Assembly: GCA_951406725.2 (NCBI GenBank)
Contig: OX597814.1
Span: forward strand, 136,586,001-136,650,000
Direction: 5' to 3'
DNA length: 64,000 nt
Source: Octopus vulgaris
Taxonomy: Eukaryota
Shown: piece after piece, positions 1 to 11,779 of the stretch
Layout of the letters: every line of letters begins with the position of its first letter
Numbering within the stretch: position 1 is the stretch's first letter
Notes under the pieces: model-generated
Database searches by the model: none
Told to the model about the DNA's origin: nothing
The model's input: the letters and a program-made list of their open reading frames with translations, nothing else
Program-made: the position numbers and the translations under genes

Positions 1-58
1 TACCCGGCCTACCAAGACCCAACTTTGGCCTACGTTTGATATATATATATATATATTC

Positions 59-189
59 GATGGGTTTCTTACAGTTTCCGTCTACCAAATCCACTCACAA
101 AGCTTTGGTTAACCCGAGACTATAGTAGATGATACTTGCCCAAGGTGCCACGCAGTGTGACTGAACTTCTTACCACACAGCCACACCTG

Positions 190-190
<1 letters not shown>
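59..190 (-). mobile_element. SINE family A (tRNA-derived, CORE-like), 5' half
   Basis: Reverse complement matches the head of the full copy at 31497-32100 (ggtaagaag...ccttgggcaagt...ggtagacggaaactg). A more diverged copy follows at ~248-410. Confidence 0.8.
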
Positions 191-233
<43 letters not shown>

Positions 234-1269
234 CATACATACATACCAATGGCTTCCACACAGTTTCCGTATAGCAAATTCGCTCATATGGTATCAGTCG
301 GCTTGATGCTATATGGTGCTATATGGAAGACACTTACTCAAGGTGCCGCCCAGTGGTTCTAAACTGGAAACCATATGGTTGAAAAGTAAGCCTTTTTACC
401 ATGCATCCTTGTTTGCGACTATGATTCACAGTTTACAAGAATATAAAGACTACAAAAATATATACATAACTGAACATTTCAAAAGGAGTTTTAAAAAATT
501 TCTATTGGACAACACTATAGTTTAAATGTGTTGTAATTGCGGACGACTTGAGACAAGAGACTTAGCGCAGAAGTATTGTTTATTAAGAACTTTATTATTG
601 TCAAATTATAATTGTTAATTGTCCATTAAGGTCTTTTGTTCGTGGTCAAAAGACTCCGTAATATTTTTGTGTCGTTAAATTATAAAGATAACCTAATATT
701 AATTTTTTTTCCCCTAAATTCAGTTTGTTTATTCTCTTATTGGTGTATGCGTGCCGTCAATAATGACGTCAAATATGTTTAGATTAATTAAAAGTATCGA
801 AAATGATCATGAAATAAAATGAACACATATGTGATTAGTTATTGTTTATTGCAAATGGTAGAATAAGAAGTTGACGTTTGTTTAACGTCTAGGAAGCTTG
901 ATGTTAGTCGGTGGTATTAAAATTATATTTGGTCATAACGAATCTGTTCCTTCCTTTCACACTGTCAATCTATATTTGGGCATATATATACATATTTATG
1001 TTTATAGGTTGCCCCTTATACATATATTCAGTACTTATACATATATACTTATATACTTATGCATTTAAACAGACATACATACACACAGTACACACATTTA
1101 TTCAAGGTTGCCTTTTTTATACACACACACACACACACACACATTTATACACATACACACACACACACATATATATATATATAAAATATAATATAATATA
1201 AATAATATATAAATATATGCATATATACATACGTATAAGTACATACCTACATCTATATGTATATACACA

Positions 1270-1600
1270 TGCATATACGGGTACAGGACAAAAAAAAACA
1301 TTGAACACAATGAGAAACGAAAACATAAAAACAAAAAAAAACATAGAAACGAACTATTTTTTAAACAACGAAATAACAGAGTACATGACATACAACGCAA
1401 GGAACATTCCCCTTCTTCTGTCCCTGTTTCGTTTACTCCGCGTTCGAAGGTAAGGACAAGACGCGACTTCATGGAAACAATCCTTCCCGCAAAGCAAATT
1501 AAATAAAATTTGGGATTTTTTGCGGAGGAGTAAAAATGGTAACAAGAACAGGACAATAAGAACAAAACAAGACAGTAAAAACAATAAAAGTAAAACCAAT
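1270..1600 (-). repeat. Dispersed structured repeat (family D), microsatellite-flanked
   Basis: Inverted homologue at ~17230-17590 and a diverged one at ~25320-25420; all share the ccgcaaaa...tttgcggg hairpin. Class not determined. Confidence 0.75.
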
Positions 1601-1602
1601 AT

Positions 1603-1680
<78 letters not shown>

Positions 1681-2363
1681 ATGTTTATATATGTCTGTAT
1701 ATGTATATAAATGTATAGGTAGGTGTAAATATCTATCTAACGGCGTATCTATCTATACATCCGCGCACACGCACACACACTTACGCACTCACACACACTC
1801 ACACACACACTCACTCTCTGTCTCACACACACAAACACACACATATGATATCTCTTACCGTTTGAGTCACTGGATTGCGGCCATACTGGAGATGTTTAGT
1901 CGAAAATATCCAAGCCGTACTTAAAAAAAACAAAAAAACTGGTCCTTATTGTAGTATATTTTCTTATGCAAAACCGTTAAGTTGTACTCTCTCCTTCTCT
2001 CTTTCTCTCCCTCTCTCTTTCTCTCTATCCTCTCGCTCTATCTCTCCCCATATATATATATATGTGCGTGTGCGTGTGAGTGTGTGTGTGTGTGTGTGTA
2101 AAAGTTGAATGTAGATTCGTCATTTAATTGGAGGTTTCCAAAACGGAATTCTAATGGTGATTCTTCATACTTTGCTGGGAGTTTACTGGCGTAAATTTGC
2201 CAAGATATGAAAGTAGTATTTGTATATAATGTATGATGAATTTAAAAAATGAAGTTCCATAAATCCCATCAATTTTATTATTATATCTATGTACGATACA
2301 ATCGTCTGCAAGAATTAAACTTCTTATAAAGTTTAACAACTTGTCTTCTCAATTTTTATAAAA

Positions 2364-2461
2364 CTGATGCGATTTATGGAACTACATTTCATAAATTCAC
2401 TATATATATATATATATATATATAGTGAATTTATGAAATGTAGTTCCATAAATCGCATCAG
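2364..2461. repeat. Perfect palindrome: 37-bp arms around (TA)12
   Basis: ctgatgcgatttatggaactacatttcataaattcac (2364-2400) is the exact reverse complement of 2425-2461. Confidence 0.95.
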
Positions 2462-2617
2462 AAGACAGGTGGTGTCGAAAACAAAAAAAATGTATTAGTA
2501 TAACGTTCAGGAATTGAAAAAGTATTTTACGTTTCGAGCCTACTCTCTTCCACAGAAAGGAACACAGAAAGAAACGAGAGAAAAAAAATGTGTGTAGTGG
2601 CTATCGATCTATCATGT
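2461..2617 (-). mobile_element. Penelope-like pLTR 3' fragment with hammerhead-like motif
   Basis: Homologous to 9545-9735 (+) and 19335-19520 (-). Minus strand reads cttt-CTGTGGA-A-GAGA-gtag-GCTC-GAAACGTA-aaa. Confidence 0.65.
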
Positions 2618-2624
2618 TATATAT

Positions 2625-2629
<5 letters not shown>

Positions 2630-2713
<84 letters not shown>

Positions 2714-4372
2714 GTATATCTGTGTGCGTGTGTGTATGTGTATACATACGCGCTTAAATTCAAAAAATTATGTACACGGAAAAATATTCCTGCTCACTAC
2801 TCGTACACACATACGTACTAAACAGTCTGTATATACGCATATTGAAAAATTTATAAATATGCAAGTATACATAATATTCACGCATATACATACATCCACG
2901 CTTACATAAATACATACATATGTACACGCATATATAAATACACGTACCTACATACATACCTACCTGTATACAAACATACATACATGCATGTATACACACA
3001 TACATACATACATACATACATACATACATACATACACACATACTTACCGACGTACCTACCTACCAGCATACATACGTAACTACTTACCTGTATACATACA
3101 TACTTGCATACATATCTATACATACATACAAATACGCATACATATATACACACACATATCTGCTTATCTACTTATCTATCTATCTATCTACATACATATA
3201 TATGTGTACATACAAACAAACATATATACATACATACACACATTACTTACCCATCAACCTACGAGCCTACCCTACACAGATACATACACATGTAGATACA
3301 TATATACAAACACATATATAGCTACATTCATATAAACACACATATGTGCCCACGTACCTACCTCCATACATACATACCTATATACATACATACATACATA
3401 TATACATAATATATACAAACATACATACACACTTATATAAATACATACATATATACATAATATATACATACATACATACACACATACATACATACATACA
3501 TACATACATACATACATACATACATACATACATACATACATACATACATACATACATACCTATATACATACATACATATATACATAATATATACATACAT
3601 ATAGACAGACAGACGTTCAAAGTCTATTCATTTAGATTTCAGCCCATGGCTGTGGTCAGACTAGGGCACGGGACTCATTGTATACTACACTCGTGTATAC
3701 GTGCCTTACACACAGATACACAGTTGACGCATATATACACTGTTGCACATGCACAAATATATTCATATTCATGTATACGCAGGAGCTTCTTACGACACAG
3801 TTGCTCGCATGCACTCACACACATACAATAATTCACATACACATATATATATATACACAGAGAGACACGTACACAAGCATAGATATGTCATACAAAAAAG
3901 CGCTGCAGGTAAAAGAGAACAAAAAATCCTTGCACCTGGAGATGCACATGTAAAATCACGCACGTACATCAGTATGCACGCACTCATCTCGTACGTGTAT
4001 ATGCATACACACTCCATAGTGACTCACTGAATTTTATATAAATTCACATATATAGTTTTCACCCATAAACTGAAACATACAGAAATTGCTCATACTATCA
4101 CAGGTAGATACACAAACATACACACATACACACGCAGGACAAGATTACGTAATATTATAATAATCATCAAAATTAATAAAAATGAAATAGAAGATTTCAT
4201 GTACAAACTTCTGTGTATAACCAGATGTTTATTCGAAGAAGCCGCTATCTAATTTACTAAATCGTCTGGCCAGTGGAATTATTTTTCAGAAATAAAATAC
4301 AAAACATGATTTCTATGGTTAACTGGTATGCATATATACACGCTCACATGTATGCACACATACATACATACT

Positions 4373-4420
<48 letters not shown>

Positions 4421-4629
4421 CATACATACATACAAACATACATACATACAAACATGCATATATGCATACATACATACATACATACATACATGCATGCATG
4501 CATGCATGCATACATACATACACACATACATACATACATACATACATACATACATACATACATGATTTCTATGGTTAACTGGTATGCATATATGCACGCA
4601 CAAATGCATGCACACATACATACATGCAT

Positions 4630-4668
<39 letters not shown>

Positions 4669-4860
4669 CATACATACAAACATACATACATACATGCATA
4701 CATACATACATACATACATACATACATACATACATACATACATACATACATACATACATAGTTACATACATACATACATATATGTATATGCATAGTGTGC
4801 ATGGATTTATATACTCCTTCATATACACATTCTTACATATATTTATGTATGTATATGTAT
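2630..4860. repeat. Compound (TG)n/(TACA)n/(TA)n microsatellite region with a ~255-bp tandem duplication
   Basis: Simple repeats; the anchor acatgatttctatggttaactggtatgcatatat occurs at ~4304 and ~4560. Confidence 0.9.
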
Positions 4861-4909
4861 ACATGTTTATCTTTACGTTTTCATAATATACTTTTACATT
4901 TACATTATA

Positions 4910-5120
4910 CAGGGTAGCCCAAAAGTAGGTTTACAGTTATCACGTAGGCACTTTAATCTATTTTAAAACATTTTATTACAATTAAATTTCTACTTTACAA
5001 TTAACTAAATTAGCATAAAATAATAGTTTCATATTTTTTTTATAATTAAGATCTAAACTGTTAATATATGAGTGCGAAAGAGAGATAGGTGAATAACTGT
5101 AAGCCTACTTTTGGGCCACC

Positions 5121-5123
<3 letters not shown>
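4910..5123. mobile_element. Tc1/mariner-type MITE
   Basis: TIRs cagggtagcccaaaagtaggtttacagttat / ataactgtaagcctacttttgggccaccctg, flanked by TA on both sides. Confidence 0.9.
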
Positions 5124-5174
<51 letters not shown>

Positions 5175-5331
5175 TAGTGATAAAACCACTATTATGCAAC
5201 TCAGACAGTAATAGACATAAACCAAAACATAAATAACAAATAATATATATTTTTATAAAACATAACTAGATCTCAAAAAGTATAAAAATGATTGATCAAT
5301 ATATAAGTAAAAAAACTACGTACATTTCATG

Positions 5332-5410
<79 letters not shown>

Positions 5411-5854
5411 CAGAGAGAGACAGACAGACACACAGAGAGACAGAGACAGAGACAGAGAGAGAGAGAGAGTGACAATGCTTTGCGTGATAGGAAAATTCGC
5501 CGAAGACAATTGTATTGTAGATTTTCACGTAATATATAATAATTTAATTATAAGATAGGCAGAGGGAGAAAAAACATAGTGCAATGGTAGTGTAATAATA
5601 GAAGGTTGTATACTGCTATATCTAGGGTACAGGAGTTTTAATTTTAACGATTATATCCCATGAAAACTGTCGAATATATAATGAGCGGTGATTGGGGCTA
5701 TTTTGTGTAACTTGAAGTTTTAATTATGTTCATAATAAATTACTAAATGGAAACATTATTTTAAATAATCAATTGTGATTAATGTATGTGTTGCGTGTTA
5801 AATTTCTTTTATGCACCGAATGTTACTGATACACATTCGATTTTCCGGCAGTCA

Positions 5855-6230
5855 GTATTTCGAAATCTCTTTTAATCCGGACAATACTATGGGCAGACAT
5901 TTAATTTAATTTGTTTTGGGGTTTTTTTTTGCGCATTCGACAAGATTATTTTGCTATGTCACAGATGTTGCGTCATTTACAATCTTTTAGGTATCTAGAT
6001 ATCGGTTGCTGATGCAACTCATGTGATTTTGGGTAAATTCCTTCACTATTTTTCCGAAGTCTCTTTTAATCCGAGCATAATTATAAGCAAACTTTTGACT
6101 TTTGTTGCGTTCCACGAAATAAGTTAACCTTGTGTGCCAGAGTCAACTCTGTGTCATTTACAATCATTTAGACATCTAGATATCGGCTGCTGTTGTAGCT
6201 CATGTGATTTTGAGGACATTTTTATGCTAT
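5855..6230. repeat. Diverged ~190-bp tandem duplication
   Basis: tctcttttaatccg...gtcatttacaatc...atctagatatcgg...ctcatgtgattttg occurs twice in tandem. Confidence 0.75.
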
Positions 6231-6949
6231 TTTGCTTACTTTTATCCATACTTAAGAGATATAATCCACCACTGACTCCTATACTGTACATAAGTACAAT
6301 GCAAGAATCAGTGACGATTCAGGATGTAAACACAAATCATCCCGATTCAGGGAAAGGGAGAATTGGTAAGTGAACTGAACCTTGTTGATTCCGTGCGAAA
6401 TTTATGTGAAACGTACGGTATCAGATCCAGGAATTAGGAGGCAATCTTGTAGCGTTATATTTAGTTTTAAACATTGTGCTTTAATATGATTATAGCTGAG
6501 AAGCGGAGAGAGTATTTCTGCCTTTATAATGTTTTTAGCGGATAATTAAAGATATGCCGCAAAGGCATGGTTAGCGACATAATTATTAATAAGATAACAG
6601 CAATGGCCCGGGAATTAAATTATTACCATTACATGATGTCTATGCCTGTAAAATGTTTAATTTGGATGAATCTGGAGCTAAGACTGTTGGAAAACCGTAG
6701 TGTGCATGAGTAAACATTTGATAGATAATATCTTATCGAGATACCGTATTTTTCCTTTAGGGTAGTATCAAGTTTGTATATTCCACAGGTTATTTATTGT
6801 ATTTAATTGTACCTTGTTGTATTAAGTCGGTATTTTTGTGCTTGTTGTATAACGTTTACTTACGCATAGGATGAATATCTAAATGTATAATGTGTTATGA
6901 TACTTAAGATTAATCGCTAATTATTGAAGGGTTAAAATTCTTTTATTCG

Positions 6950-7278
6950 GTTTTTGCTGAAGCACTGCCTTGAAGGGTTTTAGTGGAACAAATCGACCCC
7001 AAGAGTTATTTTTTTAAAGCCTAGTACTTATTCTATCGGACACTTTTGCCGTAAACACACCAACGTCGATAGTCAAGCGGTAATGGGGGGACAAGCACAC
7101 AAAAACACACATACATATATATATATACGACGGACTTCTTTCATTTTCCCCCAACTAAATTCACTCTCAAGGCTTTGGTCGGCCCAAGACACCTACCCAA
7201 TGTGCCACGCATTGTGACTGAACCCGGAACCATGTGATTGGGAAACACACTTCTTACCCATACAGCCACGTCTGCGCC
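6950..7278 (-). mobile_element. SINE family A, near full length, with internal CA/TA microsatellite
   Basis: Collinear with the reverse complement of 31497-32100. Confidence 0.85.
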
Positions 7279-7534
7279 TATTAATAGTAACTATTTATAA
7301 GACTGATAAATATAAGTTACATTTCCGTGTAAATATAAGTTACCATTCCCCAGTCACACACGGCGTAGATTATTGCTAGAAAGCACTTTCTTCTTGGGTT
7401 AACATACGGTTTACCATCGTAAAAGAAAAAGCGTGAAAGTAAATTGTCTTTAAAAATATATATGTAAAATGCGATAGAAATCAGAGTTGAAAACAATGAC
7501 ATTCCATAAATGGATATGACGTGATTAATGTATA

Positions 7535-7763
7535 TATTTCTTTACTACCCACAAGGGGCTAAACATAGAGGGGACAAACAAGGACAGACAAAGGGATTAA
7601 GTCGATTACATCGACCCCAGTGCGTAACTAGTACTTAATTTATCGACCCCGAAAGGATGAAAGGCAAAGTCAACCTCGGCGGAATTTGAACTCGGAACGT
7701 AACGACAGACGAGATACGGCTGCGCATTTCGTCCGGCGTGCTAACGTTTCTGCCAGCTCGCCG
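7535..7763 (-). mobile_element. SINE family B (tRNA-derived), Tx1-like tail
   Basis: Reverse complement closely matches 57699-57929; TSD aatgtata at 7527-7534 and 7764-7771. Confidence 0.9.
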
Positions 7764-8032
7764 AATGTATAGCACATTCACTGCCCTTCATGCCATTCTC
7801 CATGATGATATTTCTGGTGCATGTATTTGGATTTGCCGCTTTGCACAGTAATGAAGCATCCTGCGTCATCTAATGCATCGAGTTGCTGTGGACACTCCGC
7901 CAAGTGTTGTTCACACATGCACGTTTCAGGAAATTGCATCAACCAACCATTTTATTATTACTTATTTGCAGTTAAAAATAGCTTCGCTCTGAGGATAGTC
8001 TCTTATCCATATGTACATTAGTTGAAGTATTA

Positions 8033-8220
8033 TTGGTAGAGTTGGCCGAATCGTTAGCACGATTTTTACGTTCTGGTTTCGAATTCCGCTGAGATCGATT
8101 TTACCTTTCATCCTTTCGGGGTCGATAAAATAAGCACCAGCTGAGCACTGGGGTCAATGTAACTGACTTACCTCCTCCCTAGTAATTGCTGCCCTTGTGC
8201 CAAAAAATTGAAATCATTAT
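8033..8220 (+). mobile_element. SINE family B, alternative tail
   Basis: Body cctttcatcctttcggggtcgataaa...cactggggtc; tail cccttgtgccaaaaaattgaaa. Confidence 0.8.
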
Positions 8221-9210
8221 CATTTGTAGAGTTAAATGGTTCTTCTCAAAAAAGTAACTGGACCGTATAGTCCTAGTGAATTCACGGAAACAACGCCATT
8301 GATTCCCTTCGATTCTTTCTCTACAGCTCATTCATCGTGCTGGATTATTGCAATGCTAACACGTAACTGTGTTGTCTGGCATGTGTCGACATGCAAGCCA
8401 TCGAATTGTTTACTCAGTTGTGTTCTTTACTGTGTGTACCATATTGGAACGGTGTACCTCAACTGCTGTTTCTGAAATACTTAGCATATTACTAGAAGAT
8501 ACTAAACATGTAAGTACATGTGGAGGTGACATAATGAGGGAATTTTTTTTGTTCCTTTTGTGAAAAATTTCATGTTTCACTGTTGTCACTTCCTGTTTCT
8601 GTCCTAATTTACTTTCACTTTTTTAGGACAATTTACTGTCACTTAACACCATGTTAACCTCCTTCTTTAATATATTTAAACCTAAAATTTAACCAACTGT
8701 TCATTTATCCACAGCACATACACACATCCATATACAACTTCAATATGTGCTTACACACACTAATGTCTGAGCGATACTCAGAGATACATATGCATACGCA
8801 TCCACACTCATTCACACGTATGCACATATAGGCCCGCCCATACACACGCGCGCGCGCACTAAAGAGTGCATACATGTGTATACATGAAACTAGGTGTAAA
8901 CGAAAATGTATTATTTTCATTTGGTTTAGTTTTACACTTTCATTACATACCATACTTAGACAGATATACTTGCCCCTGGTGGCTAAACAACATAATTTAT
9001 TTCAGATAAAAGGTTGCAACATGCTGTTAATCATGTTCACACATATATCAGTTATATTGTCGACATGTATACACAGGCGTAGTGGCATGCACTTTAAGGT
9101 TTTAAGAAGATATTCTATCTTCAGCCAGGATGAGTATATTTCAATTTTTGATTACTTAAGTTCAATTCTTAAAGCATCTGAATGCTTCGTTTAGCTAAAC
9201 ATATACTCAG

Positions 9211-9279
<69 letters not shown>

Positions 9280-9544
9280 TACACACACAAGCATACACGA
9301 GCATATATATTCAATAAATGTATGTGAGAGTGTATTTTATGTTTCATTCACTTGACTACGGCCATACTGAGGCATCGCCATGAAGAGTTTAGTCGAACAA
9401 ATCAGGTGCATATTTTATCGATGACGCTAAGTTACAGGGACGTAAACAAACCGACACCGGTTGTCAAGTGATGGTGGGGAACATGCGCAAAGACAAACAT
9501 TTTGATACATACACACACACACACATATATATAATGGTCAGACG

Positions 9545-9731
9545 CCATGATAGATCGTTAGCCACTACACACATTTTTTCTCTCTTTGTTTCTCTCCTTG
9601 TTTTTTCTGTGTCCCTTTCGAGCGTAGGCTCAAAACGTAAAAGACTTTTTCTATTCCTGAGCGTTATACTAATACATCTGTTTGTTTTGTACACCACCTG
9701 TCTTCGTCTTTTGTTTTTTTTCGTAAACTCT

Positions 9732-9735
<4 letters not shown>
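9545..9735 (+). mobile_element. Penelope-like pLTR 3' fragment, hammerhead core partly deleted
   Basis: Homologue of 2461-2617 and 19335-19520; retains gagcgtaggctc-aaaacgtaaaag; ends in (TA)n; follows a SINE-A 3' half (~9340-9510). Confidence 0.65.
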
Positions 9736-9796
<61 letters not shown>

Positions 9797-9799
<3 letters not shown>

Positions 9800-10105
9800 A
9801 ACGTCCACTCGTGACCGAGGAAGACCATTGCTGACTTTCAAGAACATTTTGCGCTCTAGGACTAACTTATATTTTGCATTTGCAGCTCCGTTGGTGGGTA
9901 ATGAGCTCTGCTCTTGACAAGCATACACGATTGCAAACAGCAGACCAAGCTTTCCCCATTCATTACACCAGTAGTGCGCTTTCAAGCAGCACGCTAAGTT
10001 CTTCATGCTGAATACGTGCGCTCTCAAGTGTCCACACCCCTCCTTAACCTGCTTCCTCCATCTGTGGCGATGACATCCATTGTTCTCCTAGTCAGTTTCC
10101 TGCGT
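9797..10105 (-). mobile_element. RTE-clade LINE 3' fragment
   Basis: Minus-strand translation across frameshifts gives RHRWRKQVKEG...VCNRVCLSRAELITHQRSC, resembling the RTE ORF2 C-terminal zinc finger; (TA)n-tgatgaacgt is repeated on both sides. Confidence 0.7.
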
Positions 10106-10164
10106 ATATATATATATATATATATATATGATGAACGTATATATATATATACATGTATATTCTT

Positions 10165-10385
10165 TTATTCCTTTACTTGGTTCAGCCAGCCATTTGACTG
10201 CGGTCATGGTAGAGCACCGCCTTAAATGGTTTTTAGTCGAGGAAATTTAACCCAGGACTTATTCTTTGTAAGCTTATTACTTATTCTGTCGGTCTCTTTT
10301 GCCGAACTGGTAAGTTACGGGGATGTAAACACACCAACATCGGCTGTCAGGTGATGGTGGAAGGCAAACAGAGACACACACACAC
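10165..10385 (-). mobile_element. SINE family A, 3' half
   Basis: Matches the reverse complement of ~31900-32100. Confidence 0.85.
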
Positions 10386-10388
10386 ATA

Positions 10389-10472
<84 letters not shown>

Positions 10473-10477
<5 letters not shown>

Positions 10478-11181
10478 AGATAGGGGTTGAAAATTCAACC
10501 CACCATGGGATAATATATATCCAATATACTGCTAGATAGGTACCCAACAAAATTAATACATAGATGTTAAAAATTGTCAAGCAATCAATTCATCTATTGT
10601 ATTAAATGGGTAAAGGTAATAATATTACCGTAAATTAATACTACAAAATTAGAGAATGGAGAAACATACTTAAATCAGTAAAACATCAACTATCCGATGA
10701 TACTCAATCCATACTTTAATACACCATTACATATGAGTAAAGGCAATATATAAAATGAAATGAGATATACAGTAATAGTAAAAGTAAAAAGATAAAGAGA
10801 TATAAGTAAAAAATTTCAAATATAATATGCAAATAAATCAAAACTGACAGCTGTTTCGGCAGTGAGGACAGTCATACCTCATTTAACCTATAAGCCATAA
10901 AGGCAGGTATAAATGAGGCATTAACAAGGATGCCCCACGGCCTCTTCAGAGAATTAAATTAAATTTGTTATAATAGTGAAAAATATTATATAATCATATA
11001 CATATAAATATAAAAATATAAAAATGTAAAATATAAAAACTTATACATCATAATGCTACACTTATATAATATAATACACATTTGTACAAAAAGGAAGGTA
11101 AACAGAACAAAATAAAACAAAATATATAACAGTGTATATATTAATATTAATAAGTACCGATATTATACATATTTGGCTAAT

Positions 11182-11216
<35 letters not shown>

Positions 11217-11314
11217 AAAAAAAAGGGCTAACACATATGGAGATGAAAAATAATAATTAAATCCGTGGTACAGTTCATAAAATTCTAAAGCTATAAAAGT
11301 TAATAAAAATTACT

Positions 11315-11358
<44 letters not shown>

Positions 11359-11734
11359 TAATAATAATAAAAAAATACTAAAAATAGATACAGTTAAGTT
11401 AGCACCAAGTCCATCCTTTCAAGATCGAAATAACTATGAGTTAAGAAATGCTGACCACTAGGTAAAGAAAATTTAGATTAATTCGATTGGCTATTGGTTT
11501 GAAATTTAAATCACAAAAGAAAATTATACGGTTGGTTAGTCAAGGAACGCCAATATTCACACACGCATCTACAGATCAATCTATCTTTTTACTTTTACTA
11601 TTACTGTATATCTCATTTCATTTTATATATTGCCTTTACTCATATGTAATGGTGTATTAAAGTATGGATTGAGTATCATCGGATAGTTGATGTTTTACTG
11701 ATTTAAGTATGTTTCTCCATTCTCTAATTTTGTA

Positions 11735-11738
<4 letters not shown>
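10473..11738 (-). mobile_element. Non-coding Penelope-like insert (pLTR plus inverted partial copy) between (TA)n tracts
   Basis: Contains a hammerhead motif (10841-10955); 10638-10794 and 11582-11738 form an identical 157-bp inverted repeat. Confidence 0.7.
10841..10955 (-). ncRNA. Type I hammerhead ribozyme motif with long stem II
   Basis: Minus strand: ttct-CTGAAGA-ggccgtggggca...cctcattta...taaatgagg...tgtcctcactgcc-GAAA-cagctg-TC-ag. Intact core, palindromic stem III (ACAGCTGT), GUC site; stem I weak. Confidence 0.75.

Positions 11739-11779
<41 letters not shown>

Noticed and set aside
7770-8520. Possible piggyBac transposase remnant (minus strand)
   Set aside because: Only vague resemblance; no catalytic motif or TTAA/TIR terminus could be pinned down.
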